DNA from: an uncultured virus (IMG/VR IMGVR_UViG_3300007538_000001)
Taxonomy: Duplodnaviria > Heunggongvirae > Uroviricota > Caudoviricetes > Crassvirales
Length of the DNA: 32,540 bases
Virus record (IMG/VR): IMGVR_UViG_3300007538_000001
Direction: 5' to 3' (one strand)
In this document: piece by piece, positions 15,413-25,564 of the stretch
How positions within the stretch are numbered: position 1 is the first letter of the stretch
Layout of the letters: every line of letters starts with the position of its first letter
The notes under the pieces: generated by a model
Told to the model about the DNA's origin: nothing
What the model saw: the letters and a program-made list of their open reading frames with translations, nothing else
Database searches by the model: none
Program-made: the position numbers and the translations under genes

Positions 15413-16961
15413 ATACGGGAGAGAAGCAAGAGAGAGTATACAGAGAGGTGTGGATACTCTCTCTAATGCAGTAAAGATTACATTAGGGCCTAAGGGTCAG
15501 AATGTTATTATAGATAGGGGGCCAGATATGCTACCTATCATAACAAAGGATGGAGTAACTGTCGCAAAAAACGTGACAGTTGAAGATAGGTATGAGGCAA
15601 TGGGTGTACAGTTAATGAAAGATGTAGCTGAACAGGCTGAACAAGGATCAGGTGATGGTACTACTACCGCTACTGTGATAGCTCAGTGTATACTTAATTA
15701 TGGATTAAAACTTGTTGCAGGTGGATATGATGCAAATGAATTAAAGCAGGGGGTAGATTTCGGTGTAAAGCAGGCAGTTGAATATATAAATTCGATTGCT
15801 ATTCCTGTTGATACTGATTCAGAAATGATTAAACAAGTTGCCACAGTATCTGCAAATAACAATATTGAGATTGGAGAGTTAGTGGCAAAAGCTTTCGGGA
15901 AAGTAGGCAGAGAAGGAGGAGTATCCGTAGAAGCTAGTCAAGGACAAACTACTTATATTGATGTAGTTGATGGGATGCAATTCGACAGAGGTATGGTCAG
16001 TCCTTATTTCTCTACTAATCCGGACACAATGGAAGTGACTTATAAGGACCCATATATTATGTTGGTGGATGGTAAGTTAACTACTGTTGAGGATGTAATG
16101 CCTACATTAGAACAAACAACGAAGGTAGGAAGACCGTTACTAATAGTGGCGGAAGACATTGAAGGACAAGCACTTGCAACGTTAGTGATAAACAAAACAC
16201 GAGGAGGAGCGCAAGTTGTAGCCGTTAAGACTCCAGGATTCGGAAGCCAAAGAGCTGAAATACTACAAGATATGGCATACCAAACCGGAGGCATAGTATG
16301 TAAATCAGAATTTATAAACCAACTGGATGGTACCTACTTAGGTCAAGCAGATTCAGTTACAGTAACTCAAGGATCAACAGTTATAGTTGGTGCTAAAGGA
16401 GATGAGAAAGAAATCAAAGATAGAGTCTCCGAACTACAAGGTAAAATAAAATTAGAAAAATCAGAGTTTAATAAAACTCAACTAACAAACAGAATTGCAA
16501 AACTATCTGGTGGTATTGCTGTAATTTATGTTGGAGGAAACTCAGAGGTTGAGATGAAAGAAAAAATGGATAGAGTTATTGATGCTAAGGAAGCCGTAAT
16601 ATCAGCACTAGAAGAAGGTGTTGTACCAGGCGGAGGAATTGCATTGCTTAATGCTATTGACTTTATTCAGGATGTTAAGCATGAGACAGAGCAAAAAGGA
16701 ATTAACCTCCTTAAAGAGGCGTTAAAATCACCAATATTAACAATATGTGAAAATGCTGGAATCAATGGAGATGTTGTTATTTCAAGTATCAATAGACACA
16801 AGACTAGTGGAAGACTTGGGTATGATGCTAAAAATGCTAAATACGAAGACATGATAGTTGTTGGTATTATTGATCCAAAGAAGGTAACAAGAGTTGCATT
16901 AGAAAATGCTGCTTCAGTTGCTGGAACAATCCTTACAACAGGATGTGCTATTAAATTATAA
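15399..16961 (+). CDS. groL: Phage-encoded group I chaperonin GroEL (Cpn60)
   Basis: TLGPKGQNV, ITKDGVTVAK, GDGTTTATV, GMQFDRG, KTPGFG, EEGVVPGGG, GIIDPKKVTRVALENAASVA; no GGM tail. Confidence 0.97.
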   Translation: MESIKYGREARESIQRGVDTLSNAVKITLGPKGQNVIIDRGPDMLPIITKDGVTVAKNVTVEDRYEAMGVQLMKDVAEQAEQGSGDGTTTATVIAQCILNYGLKLVAGGYDANELKQGVDFGVKQAVEYINSIAIPVDTDSEMIKQVATVSANNNIEIGELVAKAFGKVGREGGVSVEASQGQTTYIDVVDGMQFDRGMVSPYFSTNPDTMEVTYKDPYIMLVDGKLTTVEDVMPTLEQTTKVGRPLLIVAEDIEGQALATLVINKTRGGAQVVAVKTPGFGSQRAEILQDMAYQTGGIVCKSEFINQLDGTYLGQADSVTVTQGSTVIVGAKGDEKEIKDRVSELQGKIKLEKSEFNKTQLTNRIAKLSGGIAVIYVGGNSEVEMKEKMDRVIDAKEAVISALEEGVVPGGGIALLNAIDFIQDVKHETEQKGINLLKEALKSPILTICENAGINGDVVISSINRHKTSGRLGYDAKNAKYEDMIVVGIIDPKKVTRVALENAASVAGTILTTGCAIKL

Positions 16962-16965
16962 ACCA

Positions 16966-17310
16966 ATGAAAAACCTAACTAAAGAAATTGAACGCAGAGA
17001 GCATGCCAACATGATGGCACCATTTCCAGTGTATGACACTGACATTATTAACGATTTAAAATTATTAAACATGATAACAAAAAAGCAGGATTACAACAAC
17101 GTGCCAGTGACATATTGCAAGACTTGTCTAAGATTGCACATTAAAGAAGTTTCATTTCCAAAGGATGGAGCAATTAGTACTAAGGACAAGGCAGTTGTTC
17201 CATATTGTGTAGATTGTGGAAACACAGATCTAGCAGAAGCTCATATTACTGAGTGGGAAGATATGTATGAAGATAAGTACGGAGAAAGGTTTTTAGATAA
17301 AAAAGATTAA
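16966..17310 (+). CDS. Zn-finger protein of crAss-like type
   Basis: YNNVPVTYCKTCL...YCVDCG...EWEDMYEDKYG; start reassigned to ATG 16966. Confidence 0.75.
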   Translation: MKNLTKEIERREHANMMAPFPVYDTDIINDLKLLNMITKKQDYNNVPVTYCKTCLRLHIKEVSFPKDGAISTKDKAVVPYCVDCGNTDLAEAHITEWEDMYEDKYGERFLDKKD

Positions 17311-17312
17311 CC

Positions 17313-17582
17313 ATGAAAAAACTTTTAGAACTAAACCAATGGGATAGTAACGGAGTATTAAGATACGCTTACACTTCAACAGATATGGAATATCTTGAAG
17401 ATAAAGCTGATAGGATTTATAAAGTAATAAATGCAATTAACAAAGTAGAAGATAGGTACAAGGTATCAATGAACTATGTTGGGAATGATGATGAACCAGA
17501 AGTTACATTGCATATACAAATAGAAATGAATGAACAACATAAATGTAAAAAGAATAAAGACCTCAAAGAGAGAGATATTTAA
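17313..17582 (+). CDS. Hypothetical protein
   Basis: 89-aa ORF. Confidence 0.7.
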   Translation: MKKLLELNQWDSNGVLRYAYTSTDMEYLEDKADRIYKVINAINKVEDRYKVSMNYVGNDDEPEVTLHIQIEMNEQHKCKKNKDLKERDI

Positions 17583-17913
17583 ATACTGGCTAGAGTTCCT
17601 TAAGCCTTATCATAAGCTAAGACAAAAGGAAATTGACGCACTTGCACTTCTATTGTATTACAAGTATGAACTATCAAGAGAGGTTAAGAACAAAGACCTG
17701 GTAAATAAGTTGCTATTTGCAACAGACACCAGGAATCAGATAAGAGGAGATTTAGATGGAATGAGTCAAAAGGTGTTTAATAACTTATTGACATCACTCA
17801 GGAAGAAGGGAGTAATAATGAAAGGAAATATAATCAATCCAGTGCTTATACCAAATATGACAGAGGATGGATTTAAATTGATATTCAATTTTGAGATAGA
17901 TGAGGGAAAGTAA
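17530..17913 (+). CDS. Putative winged-helix DNA-binding protein
   Basis: IRGDLDGMSQKVFNNLLTSLRKKGVI...INPVLIP wHTH-like pattern. Confidence 0.6.
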   Translation: MNNINVKRIKTSKREIFKYWLEFLKPYHKLRQKEIDALALLLYYKYELSREVKNKDLVNKLLFATDTRNQIRGDLDGMSQKVFNNLLTSLRKKGVIMKGNIINPVLIPNMTEDGFKLIFNFEIDEGK

Positions 17914-18160
17914 AGCAGATCTTTTAAAGCTTAAGGAGCTTGCAGATAAGTATGGGTTGACAGTGTCAGAAGTTAGGGATATAGTTCGTAGTCAGTTTGA
18001 GTATGTTAGAGTTGTTAACAATGCTCTTACAATAGAAGACAACTTAACTAGAGAAGAGTTCTCTAAGCTTAAGACTAACTTTACATTTCCAGCACTAGGA
18101 AAGTTATACGCAAGTTACTTTCTGTACAACAAGATTCAAGAGAATAAAAAAAAGAAGTAA
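17900..18160 (+). CDS. IHF/HU-like protein
   Basis: LKELADKYGLTVSEVRDIV...NFTFPALGKL, the HU/IHF helix-helix plus beta signature; crAss-like phages carry such genes near terL. Confidence 0.7.
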   Translation: MRESKADLLKLKELADKYGLTVSEVRDIVRSQFEYVRVVNNALTIEDNLTREEFSKLKTNFTFPALGKLYASYFLYNKIQENKKKK

Positions 18161-18217
18161 AAATTAGGAATTAAAGTAATTAATTAGTATATTTACAAAA
18201 TAAATTTAAAACAAATT

Positions 18218-18433
18218 ATGAAAACACTTATTACGGCAATAGACAAAGCCCAAAGAGAAGGAGTCTACACATTAGAAGAAATTTCTGTTATATTAAGGGA
18301 ATTAGATCAATTAGGTAGGATTGTTGAAATGCACGAGAAGCAGCAAAAAGAAGTTCAAGATAAGATTGCAGCTCAAGACAAGGAGGCAAATAAACCTGAG
18401 AAGAAAGTTGTAACACCAAAAGCAGGAAAATAA
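18218..18433 (+). CDS. Hypothetical coiled-coil protein
   Basis: 71 aa after a TATATTTAC motif. Confidence 0.75.
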   Translation: MKTLITAIDKAQREGVYTLEEISVILRELDQLGRIVEMHEKQQKEVQDKIAAQDKEANKPEKKVVTPKAGK

Positions 18434-19005
18434 TGGATGTAAAAAAGGATGTAGAATTACAAAAGCAAAAAGCTCATAGTCAGGAGGTTCACAAAGATTT
18501 TTTCACTACGCGTGATAAATCTAAAAGAGGAACATCTGGTCTTGTAGAAGACTCTTCTGAAATACTATCAGCTGAAGCTCAAGTTAAAGAGATGTTATAT
18601 GAAGCATCTCTTAAAGAATGTCCTTTACCAAAAGGTACTGAGCCAATGTTCAATACCATGTTTTTGACAGCGCGAAGAAATAAACTAACCAACGAATCAG
18701 GTTTGTATTTACCAACAGCATCTTTTGGTGCTGATGGTAGTACAGACTTAGAACAAGACTTTTCTACAATACAGAAAGTTATGGAAGTTGGTCCACACTG
18801 TCAACAAGTGTGTAAAGGAATGGAAATTAAAATCAATGTTGAAAACTTTAAAAGGAGAATTGAAGGAGGAATGAATAGGCAGGTTGATGCTAAGTTTGCA
18901 TACGAAATGCCAGTAGTAGTTATTAATGATGTTGAGTATATAAGGATCTCAGAAAGAGATGTAGATTATATCGTAGACACAAAAGGATTAAAAAATGAAA
19001 AATAA
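18433..19005 (+). CDS. GroES-like co-chaperonin with N-terminal extension
   Basis: PMFNTMFL...TNESGLYLP (mobile loop)...VMEVGP...INDVEYIRISERDV fits the GroES pattern from about residue 70. Confidence 0.7.
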   Translation: MDVKKDVELQKQKAHSQEVHKDFFTTRDKSKRGTSGLVEDSSEILSAEAQVKEMLYEASLKECPLPKGTEPMFNTMFLTARRNKLTNESGLYLPTASFGADGSTDLEQDFSTIQKVMEVGPHCQQVCKGMEIKINVENFKRRIEGGMNRQVDAKFAYEMPVVVINDVEYIRISERDVDYIVDTKGLKNEK

Positions 19006-19122
19006 TTTAGGGCCAATTCGTCCACAAGGCTTGGATGAAGAAACAGAAAAAGAGATAGAAGTTATTGATCCGGAAACTGTTAAAGGCGACGAAGATTAAT
19101 AAACATCACAAAAGATGATGAT

Positions 19123-19151
19123 AGGCCTACTTGACAGTGGGCCTTTTTTTT
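19123..19151 (+). terminator. Intrinsic terminator
   Basis: AGGCCTACT-TGAC-AGTGGGCCT plus T-run. Confidence 0.8.
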
Positions 19152-19170
19152 CATATATTTACAGTTATAT

Positions 19171-19241
19171 CGCGTGAAGGTGTAAAGGTTGCATGGGTGG
19201 TTCATATCCACTACGGGAGGGTTCGAATCCCTGACACGCTA
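19171..19241 (+). tRNA. tRNA-Met(CAT), initiator-like 1:72 mismatch, slightly degenerate
   Basis: GGTGG-TTCATAT-CCACT anticodon arm, AGGG-TTCGAAT-CCCT T-arm, GCGTG/CACGC acceptor; promoter-like TATATTTAC just upstream. Confidence 0.75.
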
Positions 19242-19249
19242 CTAAGAAG

Positions 19250-19366
19250 ATCAACGCAGAAGGCACACAAGCAGTTGTAAAATAACAAAATGTGGCCGCC
19301 TGCGTAACAATCAACAGTGACCCGCAGCCCCACTAAGTTGTAAAAACAACAGGGCTGCTCACTGTT
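19250..19366 (+). ncRNA. Two related hairpins between tRNAs
   Basis: Both start with ATCAAC (60 nt apart) and share the apical GTTG-TAAAA(A)-YAAC stem-loop. Confidence 0.6.
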
Positions 19367-19370
19367 AAAT

Positions 19371-19443
19371 GCCCTTATAGCTCAGCTGATAGAGCGTCTT
19401 GTTTGTACCAAGGATGTCGTAGGTTTGAATCCTGCTAAGGGCT
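19371..19443 (+). tRNA. tRNA-Thr(TGT)
   Basis: GCCCTTA/TAAGGGC, GCTC/GAGC, TCTTG-TTTGTAC-CAAGG, GTAGG-TTTGAAT-CCTGC. Confidence 0.85.
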
Positions 19444-19459
19444 CAATAAAGAGAGGAAA

Positions 19460-20014
19460 ATGAATGTATTTGAAATTGTAAACAATCAGGTTACATTTTC
19501 GCCACAAGCGTTAATGATTAAACCTTTTAGAGAAATATGGGATTGTGATAAATCCAAAGATAAGTTTCAGGCATCTCAAGAGTTGTCTTATGTGTATTAT
19601 ATGGCAGATGAAAGATCTGACTACATGTATATACTTGATGAAGAAGAAAGGCATGATCAAGTCTGCTTAGATATAGATCTAGGAGACAATTGGATAAAGC
19701 CTAAGTATATAGATGAAGCAATAGTCTATTACAAGAGACTATCTGAGACAACTAGTACTAAATTATTAGAGAGTACTCGTGGTGTAATTGAAAAAATATC
19801 ATCTTTCTTAGATACTATTGATATCAATGAGAGAGATTTAAGAACAAATAAACCTATTCATGACATTAACAAGATAACAGCTTCTGTTGAAAAAATACCA
19901 AAGCTAATTAAAGCTCTTAATGAAATTGAAAAGGAGATTATAAAGGAAAAAGAATTAAAAGCCCAATCTGGTAACAAGATTGTAGGAATATTTGATACCA
20001 ATGAGGGAATTTAA
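19460..20014 (+). CDS. Helical protein upstream of terL (candidate terminase small subunit)
   Basis: Position and size; function inferred from synteny only. Confidence 0.6.
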   Translation: MNVFEIVNNQVTFSPQALMIKPFREIWDCDKSKDKFQASQELSYVYYMADERSDYMYILDEEERHDQVCLDIDLGDNWIKPKYIDEAIVYYKRLSETTSTKLLESTRGVIEKISSFLDTIDINERDLRTNKPIHDINKITASVEKIPKLIKALNEIEKEIIKEKELKAQSGNKIVGIFDTNEGI

Positions 20015-22340
20015 TGAAACACAGACAGAGTTAACTAAAGAGTTGCTTATTGGATTAAAGAGGGAAGAAAGAGAAGACCTCTTAGCTGATATAGACTCAA
20101 TTCAGTTTATTCAAAACTTAGCCAGCCCTACAAGGCCTAGGCTTAAGGATCTAGAAAGATGGGAGAATCCTCTCTTACCATTAAAGTCTGATGATCCGAA
20201 TATGTCTGTAAGAAAATTAGATCCTAACGGAAGGATAGCTGTTGATCTTACTAATCCGCATGTCTTAGAAGACATGGAGTATTTTAGACATGCTGCTATT
20301 CATTTTGAGAAACACGGATGTTACACAAAGTTGTTTCCAAATCAGAATCCAAACTCTGAGTATTATAAGTTCTGGGCTGAAGAAGCTAGACGTTGCAGAG
20401 AAGGGTATATAAGAGAAAGTGATGGTGAATGGATACCTGGTAATTATTATTTTCAGTTAAACTACGCGCCATTATTAAGAGCAGAAGTTATTGACGGAAC
20501 AAAGCAATCAGATAGGGTTGAAGCGTTCCCTTTTGTATATGATGCAGATTACTGGTTCTATCATTACGTAGAAATAGCAAGAGCACATGGTATGCATGGG
20601 GCTAATCTAAAAAGAAGGGGTTGTGGATATTCTGTAAAGGCAAGCACCATGTTAGCTAAGAATTTTATCTTAGGTGACAGAACTAAATCAAGAAGTAAAG
20701 TTAAGTCTTTTGCAATAGCAAATGAAAAAGAATACTTAACTAAGGATGGGATACTAAATAAGTTTGTCTCAACAATAGATTTCTGCGCCTCACACACTCC
20801 ATTTCCTCGTATACGCTCATTAAAAGATTCCTTAAATGACATGCACTGGAGAATGGGGCGCAAAGACACAAGAACTGGTACTGAGGTAGGGGTTCTAAAT
20901 GAAGTTCTCGGTGTTACATTAAAGAATGATGCACAAAAGGCCAGGGGTAAAAGGGGTGCGTTAGTACTCTGGGAAGAAGCAGGTAAATTTGATGACTTCC
21001 TTACTGCTTGGGGTATTGCTAGACCTTCAGTTGAAGAATCCGGATATGCGTTTGGATTCATGATGGCAGGTGGTACCGGTGGTGTTGAAGGTGGAGCCTT
21101 TGAGGGATTAGAAGAAATATTCTATAACTCAGCAGGACATAACATCTATTCAATGCCTAACGTGTTTGATAGAAATGCTTTTGGAAAAGGTGAATGCGCA
21201 TTTTTCTTTGGAACATATTTAAACTATACGGGTAAGTATGATAAGAATGGAAATAGCGATGTAATAGGCGCCTTAATTGAAATCAATAAAGCAAGAGCAA
21301 TTGTTAAGTATGGATCTAGTGATCCTAATGCAATTATACAAAAGAAAGCTGAGGAACCTATAACACCACAGGAAGCAATTATGCGTACACAGGGTACAGC
21401 ATTTCCTGTTGCAGACTTAAGAGATTACTTAGAAGATATATTACCAAGATTACAAAGCTTCGTTGATGAACATTGGGTTGGTAATTTAACATATGATGAA
21501 AAGGGATTTGTAAAATGGGAAGTTGATTCTGATATAATCCCAATTAGAGAATATCCTTATAAAGTAAAAGGAGCTACATCTGATGGAGCAGTTGAGATAT
21601 TTGAGATGCCACAAAAAGATAGAGATGGCAGAGTATTTCAAAACAGATACATAGCAGGAATTGACCCTATTGATAATGATTACACAATTGGTGGATCCTT
21701 GGCAAGTATATTTGTATTTGATTTGTGGACAGATAAGATTGTAGCAGAATATACTGGAAGACCAGTATTAGCAGATAGTTTTTACGAGCAGTGTTTAAGA
21801 CTTACACAGTTCTACAATGCTCAAGCTAATTATGAAAATAACCTTAAGGGTTTATTTACTTACTTTTCAAATAAGAATGCATTGCATTTATTGGCTGATA
21901 GTCCGGAGATACTTAGGGATATGGAAATTGTTAAATCAACATTATATGGTAATAGATCTAAAGGCACTAGAACAACTGCTGAAGTCATCAAGCTTGGTAA
22001 AACATTACAAAGACAGTGGATGTTATCCCAGTACGAACTTGAGGTTTTTAATGAAGAAACTGGTGATAGTGACCTTATTACTGTACCTAACCTCAGAAGA
22101 ATAAGAAGTATTGGCTATATAAAAGAAGCTATTGCTTGGAATCCTGATATAAATACTGATAGAGTTTCAGCAATGGATATGGTGATGATTCTTAGAGAGG
22201 ATAGAAAAAGGTACATAGATAAATTTGAAGAGAATAAGATAGAAGATCCTATTAGTCACTTCCATGATGATCCATTTTTAGATGAAAATTGGAACAAAGC
22301 AATGAGAAAAGCAGGATGGGAAAAGAGTGGTACGATATAG
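19992..22340 (+). CDS. terL: Terminase large subunit (crAss-like)
   Basis: KRRGCGYS Walker A, LVLWEEAGKF Walker B, GGTGG, RNase H-like IAGIDP, NYENN, NTDRVSA. Confidence 0.93.
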   Translation: MIPMREFNETQTELTKELLIGLKREEREDLLADIDSIQFIQNLASPTRPRLKDLERWENPLLPLKSDDPNMSVRKLDPNGRIAVDLTNPHVLEDMEYFRHAAIHFEKHGCYTKLFPNQNPNSEYYKFWAEEARRCREGYIRESDGEWIPGNYYFQLNYAPLLRAEVIDGTKQSDRVEAFPFVYDADYWFYHYVEIARAHGMHGANLKRRGCGYSVKASTMLAKNFILGDRTKSRSKVKSFAIANEKEYLTKDGILNKFVSTIDFCASHTPFPRIRSLKDSLNDMHWRMGRKDTRTGTEVGVLNEVLGVTLKNDAQKARGKRGALVLWEEAGKFDDFLTAWGIARPSVEESGYAFGFMMAGGTGGVEGGAFEGLEEIFYNSAGHNIYSMPNVFDRNAFGKGECAFFFGTYLNYTGKYDKNGNSDVIGALIEINKARAIVKYGSSDPNAIIQKKAEEPITPQEAIMRTQGTAFPVADLRDYLEDILPRLQSFVDEHWVGNLTYDEKGFVKWEVDSDIIPIREYPYKVKGATSDGAVEIFEMPQKDRDGRVFQNRYIAGIDPIDNDYTIGGSLASIFVFDLWTDKIVAEYTGRPVLADSFYEQCLRLTQFYNAQANYENNLKGLFTYFSNKNALHLLADSPEILRDMEIVKSTLYGNRSKGTRTTAEVIKLGKTLQRQWMLSQYELEVFNEETGDSDLITVPNLRRIRSIGYIKEAIAWNPDINTDRVSAMDMVMILREDRKRYIDKFEENKIEDPISHFHDDPFLDENWNKAMRKAGWEKSGTI

Positions 22341-22385
22341 CTATAATAATACAACAACAATAAGAGTAAAATGAGTTATTTTTAC
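22338..22385 (+). promoter_or_regulatory. Putative late promoter TAGCTATAA-N29/30-TAnnTTTAC (also at 11876-11922 and 32063-32110)
   Basis: Three copies with nearly fixed spacing; two share AAAATGAGTTATYTTTACA. Confidence 0.65.
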
Positions 22386-22398
22386 AAAAACATGAAAT

Positions 22399-24816
22399 AT
22401 GTCAACAGATAAAAGTTTTCCAAGACAAAAGTTGTCCTTTAAGCAAAAAGGACCTAAATGGAGACAATCCCACTTGGACTGGGCCGATCATAACAGTTAC
22501 TTAAATAATACTGTTATACGTAGAAAATTTAAAGGAAAGAAAATAAACCTTGACCTTTACAATGGTAAGGTGGACTTACGTGATATGAAATTAGTTCTTA
22601 ATCCAGGTGGATTAGAACAACACTTTATTCCTGATGCTATTCAGCATTATCCAATTATAGCACCACGAGTTAACGTACTTGTTGGTGAGGAGAAAAGACG
22701 TAAGTTTGATTGGACTGTACAAATAACTAATCCAGATACTGTATCTAAAATTAAGAAAGATAAGATGGCCTTGATCCAAGCAAAGATTAAGGAATTCATT
22801 GGGTCTGACTTATCAGATGAAGAACTAGACAAAGAACTTCAAGCATACGGTGACTACATAAACTTTGATTACCAGGATTTAAGAGAGAAGCGTGCTAACT
22901 TACTTATGCGCAGCTACATTGAGAAGCTAAACATGAAGATTAAGTTTCAGCAAGGCTTTAAGGATGCTCTTATTATGGGTGAAGAAATTTACATGTTCGA
23001 CATTGTAAATGGTAAAGTTACATTTGAAAAATTAAACCCACTTAAAGTACATACATTAAGATCAGGCTACTCTAATAGAATAGAAGATGCAGATGTTATT
23101 GTAATTGATGACTTCTGGAGCCCTGGTAAAATACAGGATACATTCTATGAGGATCTTAAAGACGCTGATGTTAAGAAATTAGACAACGGAGAATTTAAAG
23201 GAGACGGAACAGATTTAGATGGAGAGAATTTAGCAATTGATGATAAAGAAGGATGGGAAATATACGAGAGAGAAACAATAAATTCATTTATAGAGTCATC
23301 TGGGATATTCGCAGGAAGTGGATCTCAAGGAAGAAACACGTACACAGACGGAGCAGGAAACATAAGAGTTCTTAGAATGTTCTGGAAGTCAATGAAGCAA
23401 ATACAAAAGATAACTTACTTTGACACATTAGGTAAAAACCAAATTAAATTTAGATCTGAAGATTATATCTTAGATGAAGCTAAAGGTGAGACATCAGAAA
23501 GGTTCTGGGTAACTCAATGGTGGAAAGGTGCTAAGATTGGTAAAGATACTTATGTTCAGATCAAACCAAGAGAAATACAATACAATAAAATAAATGAGCC
23601 TTCATTCAATTCATGTGGAATAGTTGGCCAGATATATAATACAAATGAGCAAGAAGCCGTATCTATGGTTGATAGAGCTAAGCCATTCCAATACCTGTTT
23701 GACATATCATGGTATAGAGTGAATGAAGCGCTATCTAAATACTTAGGTGCTATTGTTGAATTAGATTTAGCTAAAATACCAACCGGGTGGAATGTAACAA
23801 AATGGTTATATTTTGCACGTAAGTCTGGGATATCTGTTGTTGACAGTTTTAAAGAAGGACAGAAAGGTATGGCAAAAGGAAAACTTGCCGGGTCAGTAGG
23901 AAATACAACTGGTAAGGTTTTAGAACAAAGAGTTGGAGATTTCATTCAAGTCCATATGGAAATGATGGAATTTGCCTCAGCTAAGATGGACGAGATAACG
24001 GGCGTATCTAGGCAAAGATTAGGTCAGACTGAAAACAGAGAGACTATGGGTGGGATAGAAAGGGCCGTATCTCAGTCCAATCACATTACTGAGGAATTAT
24101 TTACTCTTCATGATTACTGTAAGAAAAGATGTTTTGAAATATTAATTGAGACAGCTAAGATTGCACTGAAGGGGCAAGAATTAAAATTCTCTTACATTGC
24201 TGATGACATGACTAGACAGATCATGGAAATTGACGGTGATCAGTTTGCTGAAGAAGAATATGGTCTTGCTGTATCTAATGAAGATGGAATAAATCAAATC
24301 CAACAAAAATTAGATGGAATGATTCAATTAGGTTTACAAAACCAAATGATTACATTCTCTGCTGCTATGAAAATGTATAACTCACCATCTCTACGTGAAG
24401 TACAACGAATGATTGAGAAGGATGAGCAAGCAATGAAAGAGCAACAAGCTAAGCAAGGAGAAATGGAACAAAAACAACTTCAAGCTCAAATGGAGCAACA
24501 AGCTGCTAAAGAACTTAGAGATGAAGAAAGATCTGCTTATGAGTTTGATAGAGAAGATGAAACTAAGAGATATATAGCTGAGCTTAAAGAAGAGACTGAA
24601 AGAATCAAGATGGCTAATGAAGAGAATGGTGTAGAGATGCCAGATGATAACGATGACTTAGATTACGAAAAATTTAGAGCTGAGTTAGGCATCAAAGAGA
24701 AAACCCTTTCTCAAGATATGAAGAAGCATAATGATGTAATGTCTATAAAACAAAAAGAAGTAGCAATTAAGAACAAGGTAGCTAATAAACCAGTTCCTTC
24801 AAGCGCGAAGAAATAA
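22399..24816 (+). CDS. Portal protein (crAss-like)
   Basis: 805 aa after terL; FPRQKL, HYPIIAPRVNVLVGEE, ITGVSRQRLGQ, Q-rich coiled-coil C-terminus. Confidence 0.88.
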   Translation: MSTDKSFPRQKLSFKQKGPKWRQSHLDWADHNSYLNNTVIRRKFKGKKINLDLYNGKVDLRDMKLVLNPGGLEQHFIPDAIQHYPIIAPRVNVLVGEEKRRKFDWTVQITNPDTVSKIKKDKMALIQAKIKEFIGSDLSDEELDKELQAYGDYINFDYQDLREKRANLLMRSYIEKLNMKIKFQQGFKDALIMGEEIYMFDIVNGKVTFEKLNPLKVHTLRSGYSNRIEDADVIVIDDFWSPGKIQDTFYEDLKDADVKKLDNGEFKGDGTDLDGENLAIDDKEGWEIYERETINSFIESSGIFAGSGSQGRNTYTDGAGNIRVLRMFWKSMKQIQKITYFDTLGKNQIKFRSEDYILDEAKGETSERFWVTQWWKGAKIGKDTYVQIKPREIQYNKINEPSFNSCGIVGQIYNTNEQEAVSMVDRAKPFQYLFDISWYRVNEALSKYLGAIVELDLAKIPTGWNVTKWLYFARKSGISVVDSFKEGQKGMAKGKLAGSVGNTTGKVLEQRVGDFIQVHMEMMEFASAKMDEITGVSRQRLGQTENRETMGGIERAVSQSNHITEELFTLHDYCKKRCFEILIETAKIALKGQELKFSYIADDMTRQIMEIDGDQFAEEEYGLAVSNEDGINQIQQKLDGMIQLGLQNQMITFSAAMKMYNSPSLREVQRMIEKDEQAMKEQQAKQGEMEQKQLQAQMEQQAAKELRDEERSAYEFDREDETKRYIAELKEETERIKMANEENGVEMPDDNDDLDYEKFRAELGIKEKTLSQDMKKHNDVMSIKQKEVAIKNKVANKPVPSSAKK

Positions 24817-25553
24817 TGGGTACAATAACACTAAGTATAGCAGCTGAGTCCAATCAACCACCTAATAAACCAGGTTTTGTTGATATTACTCTTGCATATA
24901 ATCAATTGTATACATTTACAGTTGATGATTTTACAACACTTGCAAGTCCACCATATTCAGATCCTGAAGGTGATGCGTTTCAGAGTTTAAAAATATTAAC
25001 GTTACCAGCGCAAGGTGTTTTAACACTAAACGCTATTGCGGTTGCTCCAAATGATATTGTAACTTCAACTCAGCTTGGACTTGGATTACTAAAATATCAA
25101 GCTGATGTTTTAGATACTGATGGATATCTTTCTCATTTTGGATACACAACATCAGATGTTGGGTCTAGCACATTTAGTGTTCTTTCAGGTAAAGCTGTAA
25201 TTGGTGTAGCTGCTCAAATTGCTAATCTACCTCCAACAGTTGTTGGTACTGGTTCCGCAAAAATTGCTTATGGTGAGACATTAGTATTTACAAGAGCTAT
25301 GTTTACTTCAGCTACAACTCCTGCTTTTTCTGATCCGGAAGGTGATCCAGCACTATACTTAAAGATAACTAGCTTACCTACTCTTGGAGAAATTTTTATA
25401 AATGGAATTGAGGTAACAATTAATGATGTAATTGATTTTAATGATATAGATGCAGGTTTGTTAACATATGTTCCAGACTTAGCAGATATTGATGGAGATT
25501 TACAAGGATTTACATTTCAAATAGCAGATGTTTCTGGAATATTTGTAGGATAA
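24816..25553 (+). CDS. Tandem cadherin/Ig-like domain virion protein
   Basis: Two ~120-aa repeats: NxPP...FT...P.(Y/F)SDPEGD...LKI..LP..G...ND...GLL.Y..D..D.DG. Confidence 0.7.
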   Translation: MGTITLSIAAESNQPPNKPGFVDITLAYNQLYTFTVDDFTTLASPPYSDPEGDAFQSLKILTLPAQGVLTLNAIAVAPNDIVTSTQLGLGLLKYQADVLDTDGYLSHFGYTTSDVGSSTFSVLSGKAVIGVAAQIANLPPTVVGTGSAKIAYGETLVFTRAMFTSATTPAFSDPEGDPALYLKITSLPTLGEIFINGIEVTINDVIDFNDIDAGLLTYVPDLADIDGDLQGFTFQIADVSGIFVG

Positions 25554-25564
25554 AAAAAAACAAA

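Noticed and set aside
19313..19366. Twister-sister ribozyme (ACCCGCA...GCTCA words)
   Set aside because: Those bases pair fully in a simple hairpin; the required internal loop and junction are absent.
19992..22340. Intron or intein in terL
   Set aside because: Continuous ORF of ordinary size with no intein motifs seen.
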